From a virus: a DNA stretch of 57,803 nucleotides. Below are positions 19,527 to 28,857 of the stretch, in pieces (positions within the stretch are counted from its first letter, which is position 1; each line of letters begins with the position of its first letter). Position numbers and translations under genes: made by a program. The stretch is from the IMG/VR virus record IMGVR_UViG_3300045988_090863; one strand, 5' to 3'. The notes beneath the pieces are model-generated. The model saw only the letters and a program-made list of their open reading frames with translations. It had not been told where the DNA came from and did no database searches.

Positions 19527-19566
19527 TAAAAAAAATAAAAGCCCCCCATCCTGGGGATAGGAGGCT
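19527..19566 (-). terminator. Rho-independent terminator after the major tail gene
   Basis: Minus strand AGCCTCCTATCCCCAGGATGGGGGGCT hairpin followed by TTTTATTTTTTTT. Confidence 0.7.
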
Positions 19567-19585
19567 GTTTTCTCATTGATTTTTA

Positions 19586-20089
19586 CTATTCCTCTGGCAT
19601 AGTCGGATTCTCACTGTACGTTATAACACCGTTTGGATTCGCTGTTACATCAAGCAATGAAATACCCTTAGCTGAGTAAGTAGTATTTTTCTTTGCCGAC
19701 ACAGTAGCACAAGGAATGTTAAGTACGAGACCTTCCATAGGGAAAACCTTGAAAGCAAGTTCTATATTCTTAACAGTTTCAGGTTCCGTGTATGTATTGT
19801 AACTTCCATCGGTACCTTTTTCACCGCCCTCAAAAGCAACCCTTTCATCAATGGATGGATCCATGATTGAGAAAACTAAATCTGATCCCTCTTTTGACTT
19901 CTGGATAATCTTCTTAGATGATGTTTCAGACTTGTGTGTAGTGATTGTAGCATCCTTATCTACAAACGTACAAGTGTCCTGGTACACATCTACAGGCTTC
20001 CAACCACTTTCGGGCATTTTCTTTGGATCAGTTTGGTTAATGGGAGCATAATACAATGCTTTGATTCCCACTGTTGATAATACTGGCAT
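19586..20089 (-). CDS. Major tail protein
   Basis: 167 aa, position immediately upstream of chaperone/tape measure. Followed by a strong (likely leaky) terminator, as is common for highly expressed tail tube genes. Confidence 0.55.
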   Translation of the reverse strand: MPVLSTVGIKALYYAPINQTDPKKMPESGWKPVDVYQDTCTFVDKDATITTHKSETSSKKIIQKSKEGSDLVFSIMDPSIDERVAFEGGEKGTDGSYNTYTEPETVKNIELAFKVFPMEGLVLNIPCATVSAKKNTTYSAKGISLLDVTANPNGVITYSENPTMPEE

Positions 20090-20108
20090 AATCTTTTAAT
20101 TTTATGTT

Positions 20109-20516
20109 TTACTTTTGTCTTACAGTTATTTCAAGACCTAAAGAAACAAAGTGTTCATTATGGTTTTGTTCCTTGATAGGAGGATTGAGCTTACCTATAG
20201 TCCAGTTGTAGCCCTTACCTACCTCGCAATGATTCTGCAAAACCTCGATAACCTTTGCCCTTATGTCTATCAGTCTTTGGAAATTAGTACTATAAACAGA
20301 CTTGCTTTTGTTTGCAATATCAGGAACATGAATGTTCACCTTGATTTCTCCGAACCTTACAGATCCCTCGCCATCAATAGTGTGAGGAACGATAACAACG
20401 CCCTCCTTTGCATAGTCGTTTCTTTCGTAACCAATAACTCCGTTAATCATAGTTTTAACCTCGCTTTCCTGGAGTAACTGGTAAACTCTTACAGCTATTT
20501 CCTCAGTAGTTATCAT
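20109..20516 (-). CDS. Tail completion / tail terminator-like protein
   Basis: 135 aa between the gp10-like gene and the major tail gene. Call is by synteny only. Confidence 0.4.
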   Translation of the reverse strand: MITTEEIAVRVYQLLQESEVKTMINGVIGYERNDYAKEGVVIVPHTIDGEGSVRFGEIKVNIHVPDIANKSKSVYSTNFQRLIDIRAKVIEVLQNHCEVGKGYNWTIGKLNPPIKEQNHNEHFVSLGLEITVRQK

Positions 20517-20977
20517 ATTCCAAATAATTCGTTTGCTTTACTTTTTGCTTTTTCCATCAATCTATTCATGGCAGCAGGAAAATCTTTCTTTGCTTTCAGT
20601 TCAGCAGGGAGGATAACATTGTACCCCTTAGCTTCAACATAGGCAGCGTAATTCATTCCAGCTACTATGATGAGTGAATATGTGTCTTGCATATCCTGGG
20701 CATACTTCATTGCAGTCTCCAGGGCAGCATCGGCACCTACTCCAGGCTGGTTTGTCCCACCATAGTAAACTATCTCTTTATTACGAACCACAGCATAACC
20801 AATGGAGTTTGTCAGATTTCCTGTCTGATCGGTGTAATTGTGCTGTTCCTTTGCGTACTTAGCAAGATCCTCACCAAGGTGTTTCAGCATAAACAAAACT
20901 GCTTTATCCAGATTCCTCTGGAATGCTTCAACCTTAGCAAGTATTACACCGCTACCAAATTCAGGTTTTATCCCCAT
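20513..20977 (-). CDS. HK97 gp10-like head-tail joining protein
   Basis: 154 aa. The segment YTDQTGNLTNSIGY resembles the gp10-family TG.L..SI motif. Synteny agrees. Confidence 0.5.
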   Translation of the reverse strand: MGIKPEFGSGVILAKVEAFQRNLDKAVLFMLKHLGEDLAKYAKEQHNYTDQTGNLTNSIGYAVVRNKEIVYYGGTNQPGVGADAALETAMKYAQDMQDTYSLIIVAGMNYAAYVEAKGYNVILPAELKAKKDFPAAMNRLMEKAKSKANELFGI

Positions 20978-21294
20978 ATCTCAATATACCTCCTGTTTAA
21001 GTTGTCAATTCCCTGTATAGAGAACTCATCAGTACCCCCATCATCAAACACAAGCATGATCTTTGTTCCGATAGATAGTTCGCCTTTGAAATGCTTAGGA
21101 ATAAATACATCATAAGTGTATGCGTATGTTATTCCATCAGTTCCAACATATTGTTTTGCTGGTATTGACTTGTCTATCTGGCATTCACAGCCTTTCTGCC
21201 ATTCAGTATTATCCTGTTCCTGGTAAAATCCAGTCTCAGGATCCTGAACAGCTTCCTGTAAGATGCTATATTGGAAAGTACCGTTTGTTCTCAT
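20968..21294 (-). CDS. Head closure / head-tail adaptor protein
   Basis: 108 aa, synteny only. Confidence 0.4.
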   Translation of the reverse strand: MRTNGTFQYSILQEAVQDPETGFYQEQDNTEWQKGCECQIDKSIPAKQYVGTDGITYAYTYDVFIPKHFKGELSIGTKIMLVFDDGGTDEFSIQGIDNLNRRYIEIWG

Positions 21295-21295
21295 A

Positions 21296-21631
21296 TTACC
21301 ACAAGTTAGATCCGTCTGTTATAGATGAGACCTTGACAAACTCCGAAACGTCAAGACCGTTTTCACGGCAAAGATCTTTTATCCTATCCTCCAACTTTTC
21401 AACACTGTAGCCCTGTGAGGATTTTCCAAGGCTGTCATTTGTAAGCACTATCATTTTCTTAAGAACCTTGATAGCTGCTATAGCAATGCCAACCTTATCC
21501 TTTTCAGGATCATACTCACTGTCAAGATCGCTAACCTTAGCATCCAACAGAGCTTTCTGCAATGTCGTTCTACCTGGAACATAAGGATCAAGTTCACCAA
21601 GTAACGCTTCGTATTTTGTCAATGTCTCCAT
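21296..21631 (-). CDS. Head-tail connector (gp6-like) protein
   Basis: 111 aa, synteny only. Confidence 0.4.
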   Translation of the reverse strand: METLTKYEALLGELDPYVPGRTTLQKALLDAKVSDLDSEYDPEKDKVGIAIAAIKVLKKMIVLTNDSLGKSSQGYSVEKLEDRIKDLCRENGLDVSEFVKVSSITDGSNLW

Positions 21632-21634
21632 AAC

Positions 21635-21988
21635 TTACTTTTCCTTTTCAAGTTCAACAACCAATGATTCAACCTGTTCCTCATTAAGTCTTGCTACAGC
21701 GTTTGATACGCCCTTAACTCCAGCATTCTGAGCAACAGGAGATCCGATAGCCTCCAGTGCAATCTTTACGTCAAGCAAAGCATAATCTTTTCCTGACACA
21801 TTCACTACTTCTGACTTATCCTCTCTTTTCTTTTCCTCATTGATTGCCGTAATCACACAAATACCACGTGATACGAGATCATTTACACGATCAAGATCTG
21901 AGACTTCAAGAGTTTCACCAACATTGTAGATTTTACTCCTGTTTGTTTTGTCCCTAAACTTCTTTTTTGTACAAAGAACAATTCCCAT
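21635..21988 (-). CDS. Hypothetical head-associated protein
   Basis: 117-aa ORF 3 nt downstream of the capsid gene. Confidence 0.45.
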   Translation of the reverse strand: MGIVLCTKKKFRDKTNRSKIYNVGETLEVSDLDRVNDLVSRGICVITAINEEKKREDKSEVVNVSGKDYALLDVKIALEAIGSPVAQNAGVKGVSNAVARLNEEQVESLVVELEKEK

Positions 21989-21991
21989 ATT

Positions 21992-23221
21992 TTAGCCCTC
22001 CAATGCTATATTGTCAAATTCCTCTTTTGTACAATAGAGACGAGCTTCTCCATTATCAGTATCAGGAATTACTTCTTCATCGTAACCACGCACCTGTAAA
22101 CATACGATAGCACCGATTTCAGTGATAAGTGGCAACAATCTACCAGAACCCTGTGTGTATTCTGCTGCTGTTTGACCAGTAGATTCACCAGTGATCCATT
22201 TAGCGATCCTGATACCGTCACCAGCATTGATATAATCAACGCCATCTTCCTCCATCAGCTCACTATCTTCAATAGCTGGCTGGATTTCACCGATAACACC
22301 AGCAGGTTTAATGCAGACAAAGTTGTGATTCCACGGATCAATAGAGTGACGTTTTCCATCCTTGTCAATACCCATCTTTCGTGTTACAACTGTAACAGGA
22401 GGTATCTGGTTTTCAGTCAACAAAGATTCAAACTGAGATACGGTAACAGTTTGAGCACTCTTATCCTGACCATGAACAAGCAGACGTGTAGTCTGGTCAT
22501 TACGCAACCAGAAATAAAGATCCTGGCTCATAACGATTTCACCTGGCTCAATACCACGGTTTCTGAGGTCGGCACAAATTGCAGCCAAAACAAGGATTGG
22601 TGATACCTTTCCTGCTTTTGTGTTTGCAGAAGTCCATGCAAACGAACTGATCAATTTATTTGATTCAGGCATCATGTAATCAACCTCATAAGTACGTCCA
22701 CCTGGGTTGTTTACTTCTGGAGTGAATTGTGCTACTCCCCATCCAGAGAATGCAGACAAAAGAATGAAGTCCATAACGTCCTTGCATCCAAGATAAGCAT
22801 CCTCAATTTCGTGCTTCAATGTTTTTTCGATCTGTTTTACCTTATCAGCTTCTTTCAAACGTGGATTTTCGTAAACCTCCATAAGTTTACGCAAGTCACG
22901 AGCTGGCATAGGGAACTTGTGACCTACACGTGGGATTTCTTTAGTCCAAATATCGAAACCATCAGAACGCCTCAATGGTGTAGGAGATTCATCACCGATC
23001 AAAGTAGCCATCAAACGCAAATTATATTTGCCGACAATAGCCTCAGCAGTCAATGACATTTGAGGTGTATTGTAAGTACACCACTGATCAGAATACATTT
23101 TCTGGAACAGTGTTACTTCACGTTCTGAGGCTTTATCAAACGTCTTTCTCCATGTAGCCAGGAGATCCAAAGGCTTTCCATCTTTATTAAGCCCACTAAA
23201 TTTTTGATAAATAGATTTCAT
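21992..23221 (-). CDS. Major capsid protein (lambda gpE-like placement)
   Basis: 409 aa, in the order scaffold / 212-aa protein / this gene, mirroring lambda Nu3-D-E. No catalytic motifs. Confidence 0.65.
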   Translation of the reverse strand: MKSIYQKFSGLNKDGKPLDLLATWRKTFDKASEREVTLFQKMYSDQWCTYNTPQMSLTAEAIVGKYNLRLMATLIGDESPTPLRRSDGFDIWTKEIPRVGHKFPMPARDLRKLMEVYENPRLKEADKVKQIEKTLKHEIEDAYLGCKDVMDFILLSAFSGWGVAQFTPEVNNPGGRTYEVDYMMPESNKLISSFAWTSANTKAGKVSPILVLAAICADLRNRGIEPGEIVMSQDLYFWLRNDQTTRLLVHGQDKSAQTVTVSQFESLLTENQIPPVTVVTRKMGIDKDGKRHSIDPWNHNFVCIKPAGVIGEIQPAIEDSELMEEDGVDYINAGDGIRIAKWITGESTGQTAAEYTQGSGRLLPLITEIGAIVCLQVRGYDEEVIPDTDNGEARLYCTKEEFDNIALEG

Positions 23222-23239
23222 TTTCTAACCTCTTTTTCG

Positions 23240-23878
23240 TTAATAAGACTGAGTTAATTTCACATGAGGATTGTTTTTCAGAAAAGCACCTGTAGCATCT
23301 TTCTGTGACGCTGGGATAGGAGGAACACGCCTTTCGTACATTTCGTATTGCATTGTATCAGCGGTAACATCTACAGAAACTTCAAATTCGCTAACAAAAA
23401 CATCAGCAACCAAAGCACTGTTAGACATACCTCTTGAAGCTGCGTTTGACGAACTATCAACAACTTCCTCAATTACATTATCCTTTGCAAGACCAGAGAT
23501 CTCAGCAGAAAGATAAATCACATAATTTGTTCCACTCTTTTCAATTTTTGTAATTGACGGAGCAGCTTCAAACGTACCAGAGATCGCATCAGTTTTAAGT
23601 ACCTTGTCTCCAAGTGCAAAGCACGGAGCATAGAACTCATCAACATACAAAGTGACTTTCTTTTTGTCCTCAGCATCAACTTCAAGAACTTTTGCAGTCT
23701 TGATAACCTGAACTTTTCTTGTTTTCTCATCCTTGATAGCAAGGGTTCCAGCAGGGATAGTATCACCTGGCATGAAATTCTGTTTTTCCTTATCCAGGTT
23801 AAATCCTCCCATAACCAATGACGGACTGCCAGTGAAGATCGGGCGTGTCCCAGTAAAAGAATCTGTTTTCCTTTTCAT
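23240..23878 (-). CDS. Head protein of unknown role (possible decoration protein)
   Basis: 212 aa between the scaffold and capsid genes. Confidence 0.35.
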   Translation of the reverse strand: MKRKTDSFTGTRPIFTGSPSLVMGGFNLDKEKQNFMPGDTIPAGTLAIKDEKTRKVQVIKTAKVLEVDAEDKKKVTLYVDEFYAPCFALGDKVLKTDAISGTFEAAPSITKIEKSGTNYVIYLSAEISGLAKDNVIEEVVDSSSNAASRGMSNSALVADVFVSEFEVSVDVTADTMQYEMYERRVPPIPASQKDATGAFLKNNPHVKLTQSY

Positions 23879-23885
23879 TTTACTT

Positions 23886-24509
23886 TTATTTTACGGTTAT
23901 TGATTTGAGCAAATCATCAGCAGCTTCATCTATCTGCTTCTCACTTGCTGCTTTTGTACCCTCTGAATCAGCAGATACAAGACCATTTGTAATGAGATCC
24001 TGTTTGAACGAAGCAACAGCAGCATCAATATCCTCAGCGTCATCTGCGATGTTGAGCTTATCACGCAAGAATGATGGAATTTTGTGTTTTTCCATTGCAT
24101 CTGAAATTGCTTTTGAACGCTGGTTTTTCGCCTTTTCATTCTTAAGCTCATCCAGTTCTTTTCTGATCGCTTTCAGTTCTTCGCTTTCCTGATCTCTTTT
24201 TCCAGATTTGCCACCTTTTCCACCTTTGTTTTCTTCTTCTTCTTCCTCTTCCTCTTCCTCTTCTTCCTCTTCCTCGGTTTCTTTCGGTTTCTTCTTCTGG
24301 CTTTTCTTGTTTACCCATCTTGTAGCCTCACCCTGGCTTTCTTTTGCCACCTCAGCTATTAGATTTGCAGTCGTTTCAATAGCCTCATCATCAGTCGAAT
24401 CATCTTCAATGCTACCACCCATTTTTTCGGTTATCGCCTGGAGATACTTCTCTGAAAGACCTGTGTCTGTACACTTAGTCTTGACTTTTTCAAAGAGTTT
24501 TCTATTCAT
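23886..24509 (-). CDS. Scaffolding protein with poly-Glu tract
   Basis: 207 aa, highly charged and helical, with a 21-residue Glu run. Immediately upstream of the capsid genes. Confidence 0.6.
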   Translation of the reverse strand: MNRKLFEKVKTKCTDTGLSEKYLQAITEKMGGSIEDDSTDDEAIETTANLIAEVAKESQGEATRWVNKKSQKKKPKETEEEEEEEEEEEEEEENKGGKGGKSGKRDQESEELKAIRKELDELKNEKAKNQRSKAISDAMEKHKIPSFLRDKLNIADDAEDIDAAVASFKQDLITNGLVSADSEGTKAASEKQIDEAADDLLKSITVK

Positions 24510-24547
24510 ATACTTATAATTTATTGATATTGTTATTTCTATAACCG

Positions 24548-24589
24548 CAAAGATAGAAATAAAATCGGTAAAATGTGTTTGATAAACAC
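24548..24589 (-). promoter_or_regulatory. -7 box TATCTTTG (24555->24548) with upstream palindrome GTGTTTGATAAACAC (24575-24589)
   Basis: TAnnTTTG match 39 nt upstream of the scaffold ATG. The palindrome lies 19 nt further upstream. Confidence 0.45.
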
Positions 24590-24673
24590 AGAAATTTAAC
24601 CAGGTAAATTCACTATAAATCAGCGTTTTGTGTTAACTGAGTAAATTTGTACAGAAAAAAAGTCGGTAAATTA

Positions 24674-24724
24674 TTTGTTTTATTTAATATAACAAACTAT
24701 ATTTGCAATGTGTTTGAGAAACAC
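24674..24724 (+). promoter_or_regulatory. Bacteroidota-type promoter (-33 TTTG 24674-24677, -7 TATATTTG 24698-24705) followed by palindrome GTGTTTGAGAAACAC (24710-24724)
   Basis: Exact 20-nt spacer between the boxes. The palindrome covers the expected transcription start. First gene of the plus-strand island starts at 24758. Confidence 0.55.
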
Positions 24725-24757
24725 AGATAATAAATGCAACATTAAAATAGATCGGAT

Positions 24758-25123
24758 ATGACACAAAAAGAATTTGAAGAAAGAACAGGGCTAAAGCTGA
24801 ATGCTGAGGGCTATGCTGAGGTAGAACAAATATACATGAATACAGACCTTGATAAAGATCTGTTTTGTAAATTATGGATTGAGAATCCTACAGCACTGAA
24901 AGAGATTGAGCGTAAAACTGTTCTTGTTCGTGAACTTTACGAGGAAAGAAAAAGCCTCTCAAACTTTCTTATAGATCAGGCTGAAAAATGGAGTGCATCA
25001 GATCTGAGAGAAAAGGCAATATCCATGATAGGAGATAAGGAGTATATCAGAAGAAAATTAGCAAAAGGATATAATCTTTGGAGTGCTGATAAAGAGTTAT
25101 TAGACAATATATTAAGAAACTAA
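24758..25123 (+). CDS. Hypothetical protein
   Basis: 121-aa ORF, first of a same-strand array. No recognisable motif. Confidence 0.55.
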   Translation: MTQKEFEERTGLKLNAEGYAEVEQIYMNTDLDKDLFCKLWIENPTALKEIERKTVLVRELYEERKSLSNFLIDQAEKWSASDLREKAISMIGDKEYIRRKLAKGYNLWSADKELLDNILRN

Positions 25124-25173
25124 CAATTAAATATAAACCGTGTGACGAAAGCCACACATAATGCAACACCGAT

Positions 25174-25548
25174 ATGGAAATAACAATCAAACAAGTTGAG
25201 AAAATTGTATCAGTACTAACATCAGAACAGCAGCAGCTTCTTAAGGACACAATTAGATACGGTTCATGGGGCGATGCAGATTATGATTTTTTGACTGAGA
25301 ACGGAGATACAGAAACAGTTTCAATGTTCGGATATTGTACAAATGACGCTAAAATGGCTGGTAATTTCTCAGGTCGTAAAATATCTGCTATGTTCCGTTC
25401 AATATATAAAAAACTATGCCCAGCCAATAACAATAAGATAGGCAGATATATTTCACACTGTAGGGACTGGTGGGGGGATGGTTCTGGTGATATGCTATTT
25501 ATTAGGACTGGTTACTACCAGGTTTTTGAGGAATGGGCAATAAAATAA
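25174..25548 (+). CDS. Hypothetical protein
   Basis: 124-aa ORF. The ATG is directly preceded by the leader motif ATGCAACACCGAT. Confidence 0.55.
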   Translation: MEITIKQVEKIVSVLTSEQQQLLKDTIRYGSWGDADYDFLTENGDTETVSMFGYCTNDAKMAGNFSGRKISAMFRSIYKKLCPANNNKIGRYISHCRDWWGDGSGDMLFIRTGYYQVFEEWAIK

Positions 25549-25597
25549 ATATCAAACCAGGAGGGGGATATACCCCTCCTACAATGCAACACTGATT

Positions 25598-25858
25598 ATG
25601 GCAACAAATTTTATTTCAATAAGAGTATTACAGCATGATAATGGCGATCAGATCCGCATAGGTTCAGAAAGATATATTTACGAGGATCAACTTGATAAGG
25701 CAGTACAGGACACTATAGCACAATACGAGAAAAAATCGGAATGGTGCGGAGGTTTCCAGATTGCTTGTGAAAAGTACTATAAGCGTATAGCTATAGTTAA
25801 CGGTGAAACACTGGAGGTTATTAGGCTAATATATCCAGCAAAAAAGGAGGGAAAATGA
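25598..25858 (+). CDS. Hypothetical protein
   Basis: 86-aa ORF. The ATG is preceded by ATGCAACACTGAT. Confidence 0.5.
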   Translation: MATNFISIRVLQHDNGDQIRIGSERYIYEDQLDKAVQDTIAQYEKKSEWCGGFQIACEKYYKRIAIVNGETLEVIRLIYPAKKEGK

Positions 25859-26040
25859 AAATACACATATCAGAACTTTCCAGCATTAAAATGAGTGTAA
25901 ATCCTCCAAAGGAGGTTGAGAGAGCTGGATTTAGAGTTATCCATAACGGAGTTGTAAAGTGTTGGGTTGGAATAGGATGGGTAACAGAGGAAAAAGCAAA
26001 ACCAGAAGATTATAAAACCATACCAGAAGTAATAGAATGA
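25855..26040 (+). CDS. Hypothetical protein
   Basis: 61-aa ORF with a 4-nt overlap with the upstream gene. Confidence 0.45.
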   Translation: MKIHISELSSIKMSVNPPKEVERAGFRVIHNGVVKCWVGIGWVTEEKAKPEDYKTIPEVIE

Positions 26041-26043
26041 GAT

Positions 26044-26265
26044 ATGACGGACTATAATTTATACATGATATTGGATGCTATTACCTGTGAAAAGGTAAAA
26101 TCAGCATTACATATAGCTCACGAAATGGCAAAAGAAAGCTATCCTCATTTAGTTGATGAGATTGATTTTGCTATCAGTAGAATGGTTGATAATACTGAAA
26201 CATTTGTCGGATCACAGAATAAACCAAAAACAAAGAAAGCATACAAGAAAGGAGGTGAAAAATGA
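26044..26265 (+). CDS. Hypothetical protein
   Basis: 73-aa ORF in the array. Confidence 0.45.
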   Translation: MTDYNLYMILDAITCEKVKSALHIAHEMAKESYPHLVDEIDFAISRMVDNTETFVGSQNKPKTKKAYKKGGEK

Positions 26266-26687
26266 ATACATACGTTTTTGCTGCTTTTGATGCAGATGGT
26301 ATCAGGATCGGAGAAACACAGCTTAATGATGATGCCTTGCCAGGACACCTTAACACATGTATGAGTGTTCTATGTAGAAATAGCAAAGCGAAAACATACA
26401 GGATGGTTACAGAAAAAGGATCATTACTTGATCCTTTACCTGTAAATCCAGAGAGATACCTATCACACGAGTTCAGGAACATTCTAACACAGTGTGATAA
26501 CGCCTGGTTCGGTGCTGTTGTAAAGCTACAGACAGGGCAAAAAGTAAAGCTCACAGGTTTTGGAGATAGCATATTTGATAAAAGCTATCATTTTACAGCC
26601 TATCACAATTCAGAATACCTTTTGCTAAAAAGTAAGGATCTTGTAAATGCAAAGGTGATAGAAAAAGGATATGATTACAAATACTAA
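26262..26687 (+). CDS. Hypothetical protein
   Basis: 141-aa ORF with a 4-nt overlap with the upstream gene. Confidence 0.5.
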   Translation: MNTYVFAAFDADGIRIGETQLNDDALPGHLNTCMSVLCRNSKAKTYRMVTEKGSLLDPLPVNPERYLSHEFRNILTQCDNAWFGAVVKLQTGQKVKLTGFGDSIFDKSYHFTAYHNSEYLLLKSKDLVNAKVIEKGYDYKY

Positions 26688-26698
26688 AACATGATAAT

Positions 26699-26974
26699 AT
26701 GGCAACACTGATAAAAGCAGACGGTACGATTAAAGAGATTAAGCCTGAGAACGGAACAGACTTTCAACTGGAGGAACTTCAAAAGTATGTTCATGGCTAC
26801 ATAGAAATCATTGATCTTAGAAATGGTGAGATCCTGGTTGTAAATGACGATGGAAAGGATCGCTACGAGACAAACAAAGCAGCCACACAGTTAGCACACG
26901 ATAACAGAGCCATATTCGGATGGGATTGGATTGATGGCGATGTTGTTCACTGCAAAACAGAAGAAGTAAAATAG
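26699..26974 (+). CDS. Hypothetical protein
   Basis: 91-aa ORF in the array. Confidence 0.5.
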   Translation: MATLIKADGTIKEIKPENGTDFQLEELQKYVHGYIEIIDLRNGEILVVNDDGKDRYETNKAATQLAHDNRAIFGWDWIDGDVVHCKTEEVK

Positions 26975-26987
26975 AAAGGAGGATTCA

Positions 26988-27566
26988 ATGCTAAAGTTAT
27001 CAAACGAATTAAGAGACGAAATACATGCCATTGCCGTTGAACACGGCTGGCATGAAACAAAGCAACCCAGTTCACACTGGCTATGCCTGGTTATATCAGA
27101 ACTTATGGAGGCTGTAGAAGCTGACAGGACTAATTTCAGAACAGACTTATCAATTATTCCACACTTCACATTTGAAAGATACAAAGAGAACGGTAATATG
27201 GATCTGTTTAAGGATCACTTTGAAAGGTATATCAAGAACAGGGTAGAAGATGAGCTTGCTGATGCCGTTATACGCTTACTTGATTTTGCTGGAGAAACAG
27301 GTACGGATATAGACCTTATGGCAAACCTATTACAGCAACATGAGCGTTATATTGCTACAGCAGACACACGCTTTACAGGTTTCATATTTGCCCTGTGTGG
27401 TATATTGACAAACAATGAGAGAAACATTGATTGGGTGATCCGAAACTCACTTCAAAGAATAGATTATATCTGTAGGAGCCTTGGGATAGATCTCAATCCA
27501 TTTATAAGACTTAAGATAGAGTATAACAGGTTAAGACCATACAAGCATGGGAAAAAAGAGTACTAA
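26988..27566 (+). CDS. MazG-like nucleotide pyrophosphohydrolase (all-alpha NTP-PPase)
   Basis: ISELMEAVEADR and EDELADAVIRLLDFAGETG resemble the paired EExxE/D metal-binding helices of MazG-family enzymes. AAGGAGG-like sequence upstream. Confidence 0.55.
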   Translation: MLKLSNELRDEIHAIAVEHGWHETKQPSSHWLCLVISELMEAVEADRTNFRTDLSIIPHFTFERYKENGNMDLFKDHFERYIKNRVEDELADAVIRLLDFAGETGTDIDLMANLLQQHERYIATADTRFTGFIFALCGILTNNERNIDWVIRNSLQRIDYICRSLGIDLNPFIRLKIEYNRLRPYKHGKKEY

Positions 27567-27681
27567 ACGAAAAAGAAAGCCATATAGACATAGTTTATAT
27601 GACATTATGAGAGAAAATAAAGACCTTGGTAGATACATAAATCCACTTGGTAAATTATCTAAATATGCACTTCCGTTTTAA
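27547..27681 (+). CDS. Possible small basic protein (44 aa), below the ORF-track cutoff
   Basis: ATG..TAA read by hand (MGKKSTKRKRKPYRHS...). Fills the gap between 27566 and 27693. No other support. Confidence 0.25.
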   Translation: MGKKSTKRKRKPYRHSLYDIMRENKDLGRYINPLGKLSKYALPF

Positions 27682-27692
27682 TACTGGATATT

Positions 27693-28856
27693 ATGAAAAC
27701 AACAGTACATTTCACACTTGGGGAAAACGCTGGCGATCTACTTGTAAGTATAGCAAGAGAACACTTGATATATTCTCTGAACCCACAAAAAGCACTTGAA
27801 ACTATAAAAGGCAGCCTTATAGGTTGCCCAGATAATATTGCACTTGATATTCTAATTGGTAGGACTATCCTTGAAACTTCTGATGATCGTGTTTCTTTTA
27901 ATGCAATACAGTACACTCCAGACATGAAAGATAAACATGAGCCACTGGATATAGAAGCATGGGCTGAAAGAACACTGTTATCCATGAAAAAAGATGCTAA
28001 CGAATGGGATCAGGTTATACTTGAACTACGAAACTCAGTAATTAAGAATGATGGAAAATTTGACATAACAGTAAAGTATAACGATCTTATAAGAGCTATT
28101 TATGATGGGGACACAAGCAGTCTTTTTGATAATTCCGAAATAAGCGATACAATCCAAAGTCTAAAATATACCATTATTGGAATAAGGGATTTTATATCAA
28201 AATGTTTTAAGAAAATTGAGGTTATTAAATGGCTATATAACTATTATCCAGGAGAAATACCAGACGGATTCTTGGTTATGCCTACAGAAGTAAAAGGGCT
28301 TAATTTAAGACTAACAGACCTGATGCTAAAAGATGGTGAAGTAGAAAGATATATAAACCAGAATAGATACAGGGATGATCTTGTGACAAGGTATATTGAA
28401 AATGAAAGAAACATAGATAAGATCATATCAAAAGGAATACAGCCTGTAGATATAACAATGAATTATAGTGCTGGATGGTTAGCACCTAACGGAGATTATT
28501 ATGCCTTAAATGGGGATATTGCAAATATGCTGCACAATCAGATAGCTACAGCATTATGGGATGCTAAAATAATTCCTCATAACGATGATTATAAGAACAA
28601 TCCAGATCAATGGTTAGGAGAACATGGTTGGGTAAAAATACATGGAAATCATATATTGTATGAGGGATATATGCAAAGTAGATATGGCATTCCACTTGTT
28701 AGAATAACTGATGAGCAACGTAAAAAGATAGCACTTTATGGTAGAATTTGCCACGGAGGAACTCTTAACTTTGGGCTTAAATATATGCCTGTAACAGTTG
28801 CCAAATTTGAAATGATGGATAGTATTATGGTTGGTAAAATATTTGATTTTGAATAA
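27693..28856 (+). CDS. Hypothetical protein (387 aa)
   Basis: Largest ORF in the island. No motif recognised. Confidence 0.55.
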   Translation: MKTTVHFTLGENAGDLLVSIAREHLIYSLNPQKALETIKGSLIGCPDNIALDILIGRTILETSDDRVSFNAIQYTPDMKDKHEPLDIEAWAERTLLSMKKDANEWDQVILELRNSVIKNDGKFDITVKYNDLIRAIYDGDTSSLFDNSEISDTIQSLKYTIIGIRDFISKCFKKIEVIKWLYNYYPGEIPDGFLVMPTEVKGLNLRLTDLMLKDGEVERYINQNRYRDDLVTRYIENERNIDKIISKGIQPVDITMNYSAGWLAPNGDYYALNGDIANMLHNQIATALWDAKIIPHNDDYKNNPDQWLGEHGWVKIHGNHILYEGYMQSRYGIPLVRITDEQRKKIALYGRICHGGTLNFGLKYMPVTVAKFEMMDSIMVGKIFDFE

Positions 28857-28857
28857 C

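Noticed and set aside
24208-24519. 103-aa plus-strand ORF with a poly-Ser run.
   Set aside because: It is the antisense shadow of the poly-Glu tract in the scaffold gene. The GAA/GAG run itself is mixed-codon, so it is not a clean slippage-prone microsatellite. Not proposed as phase-variable.
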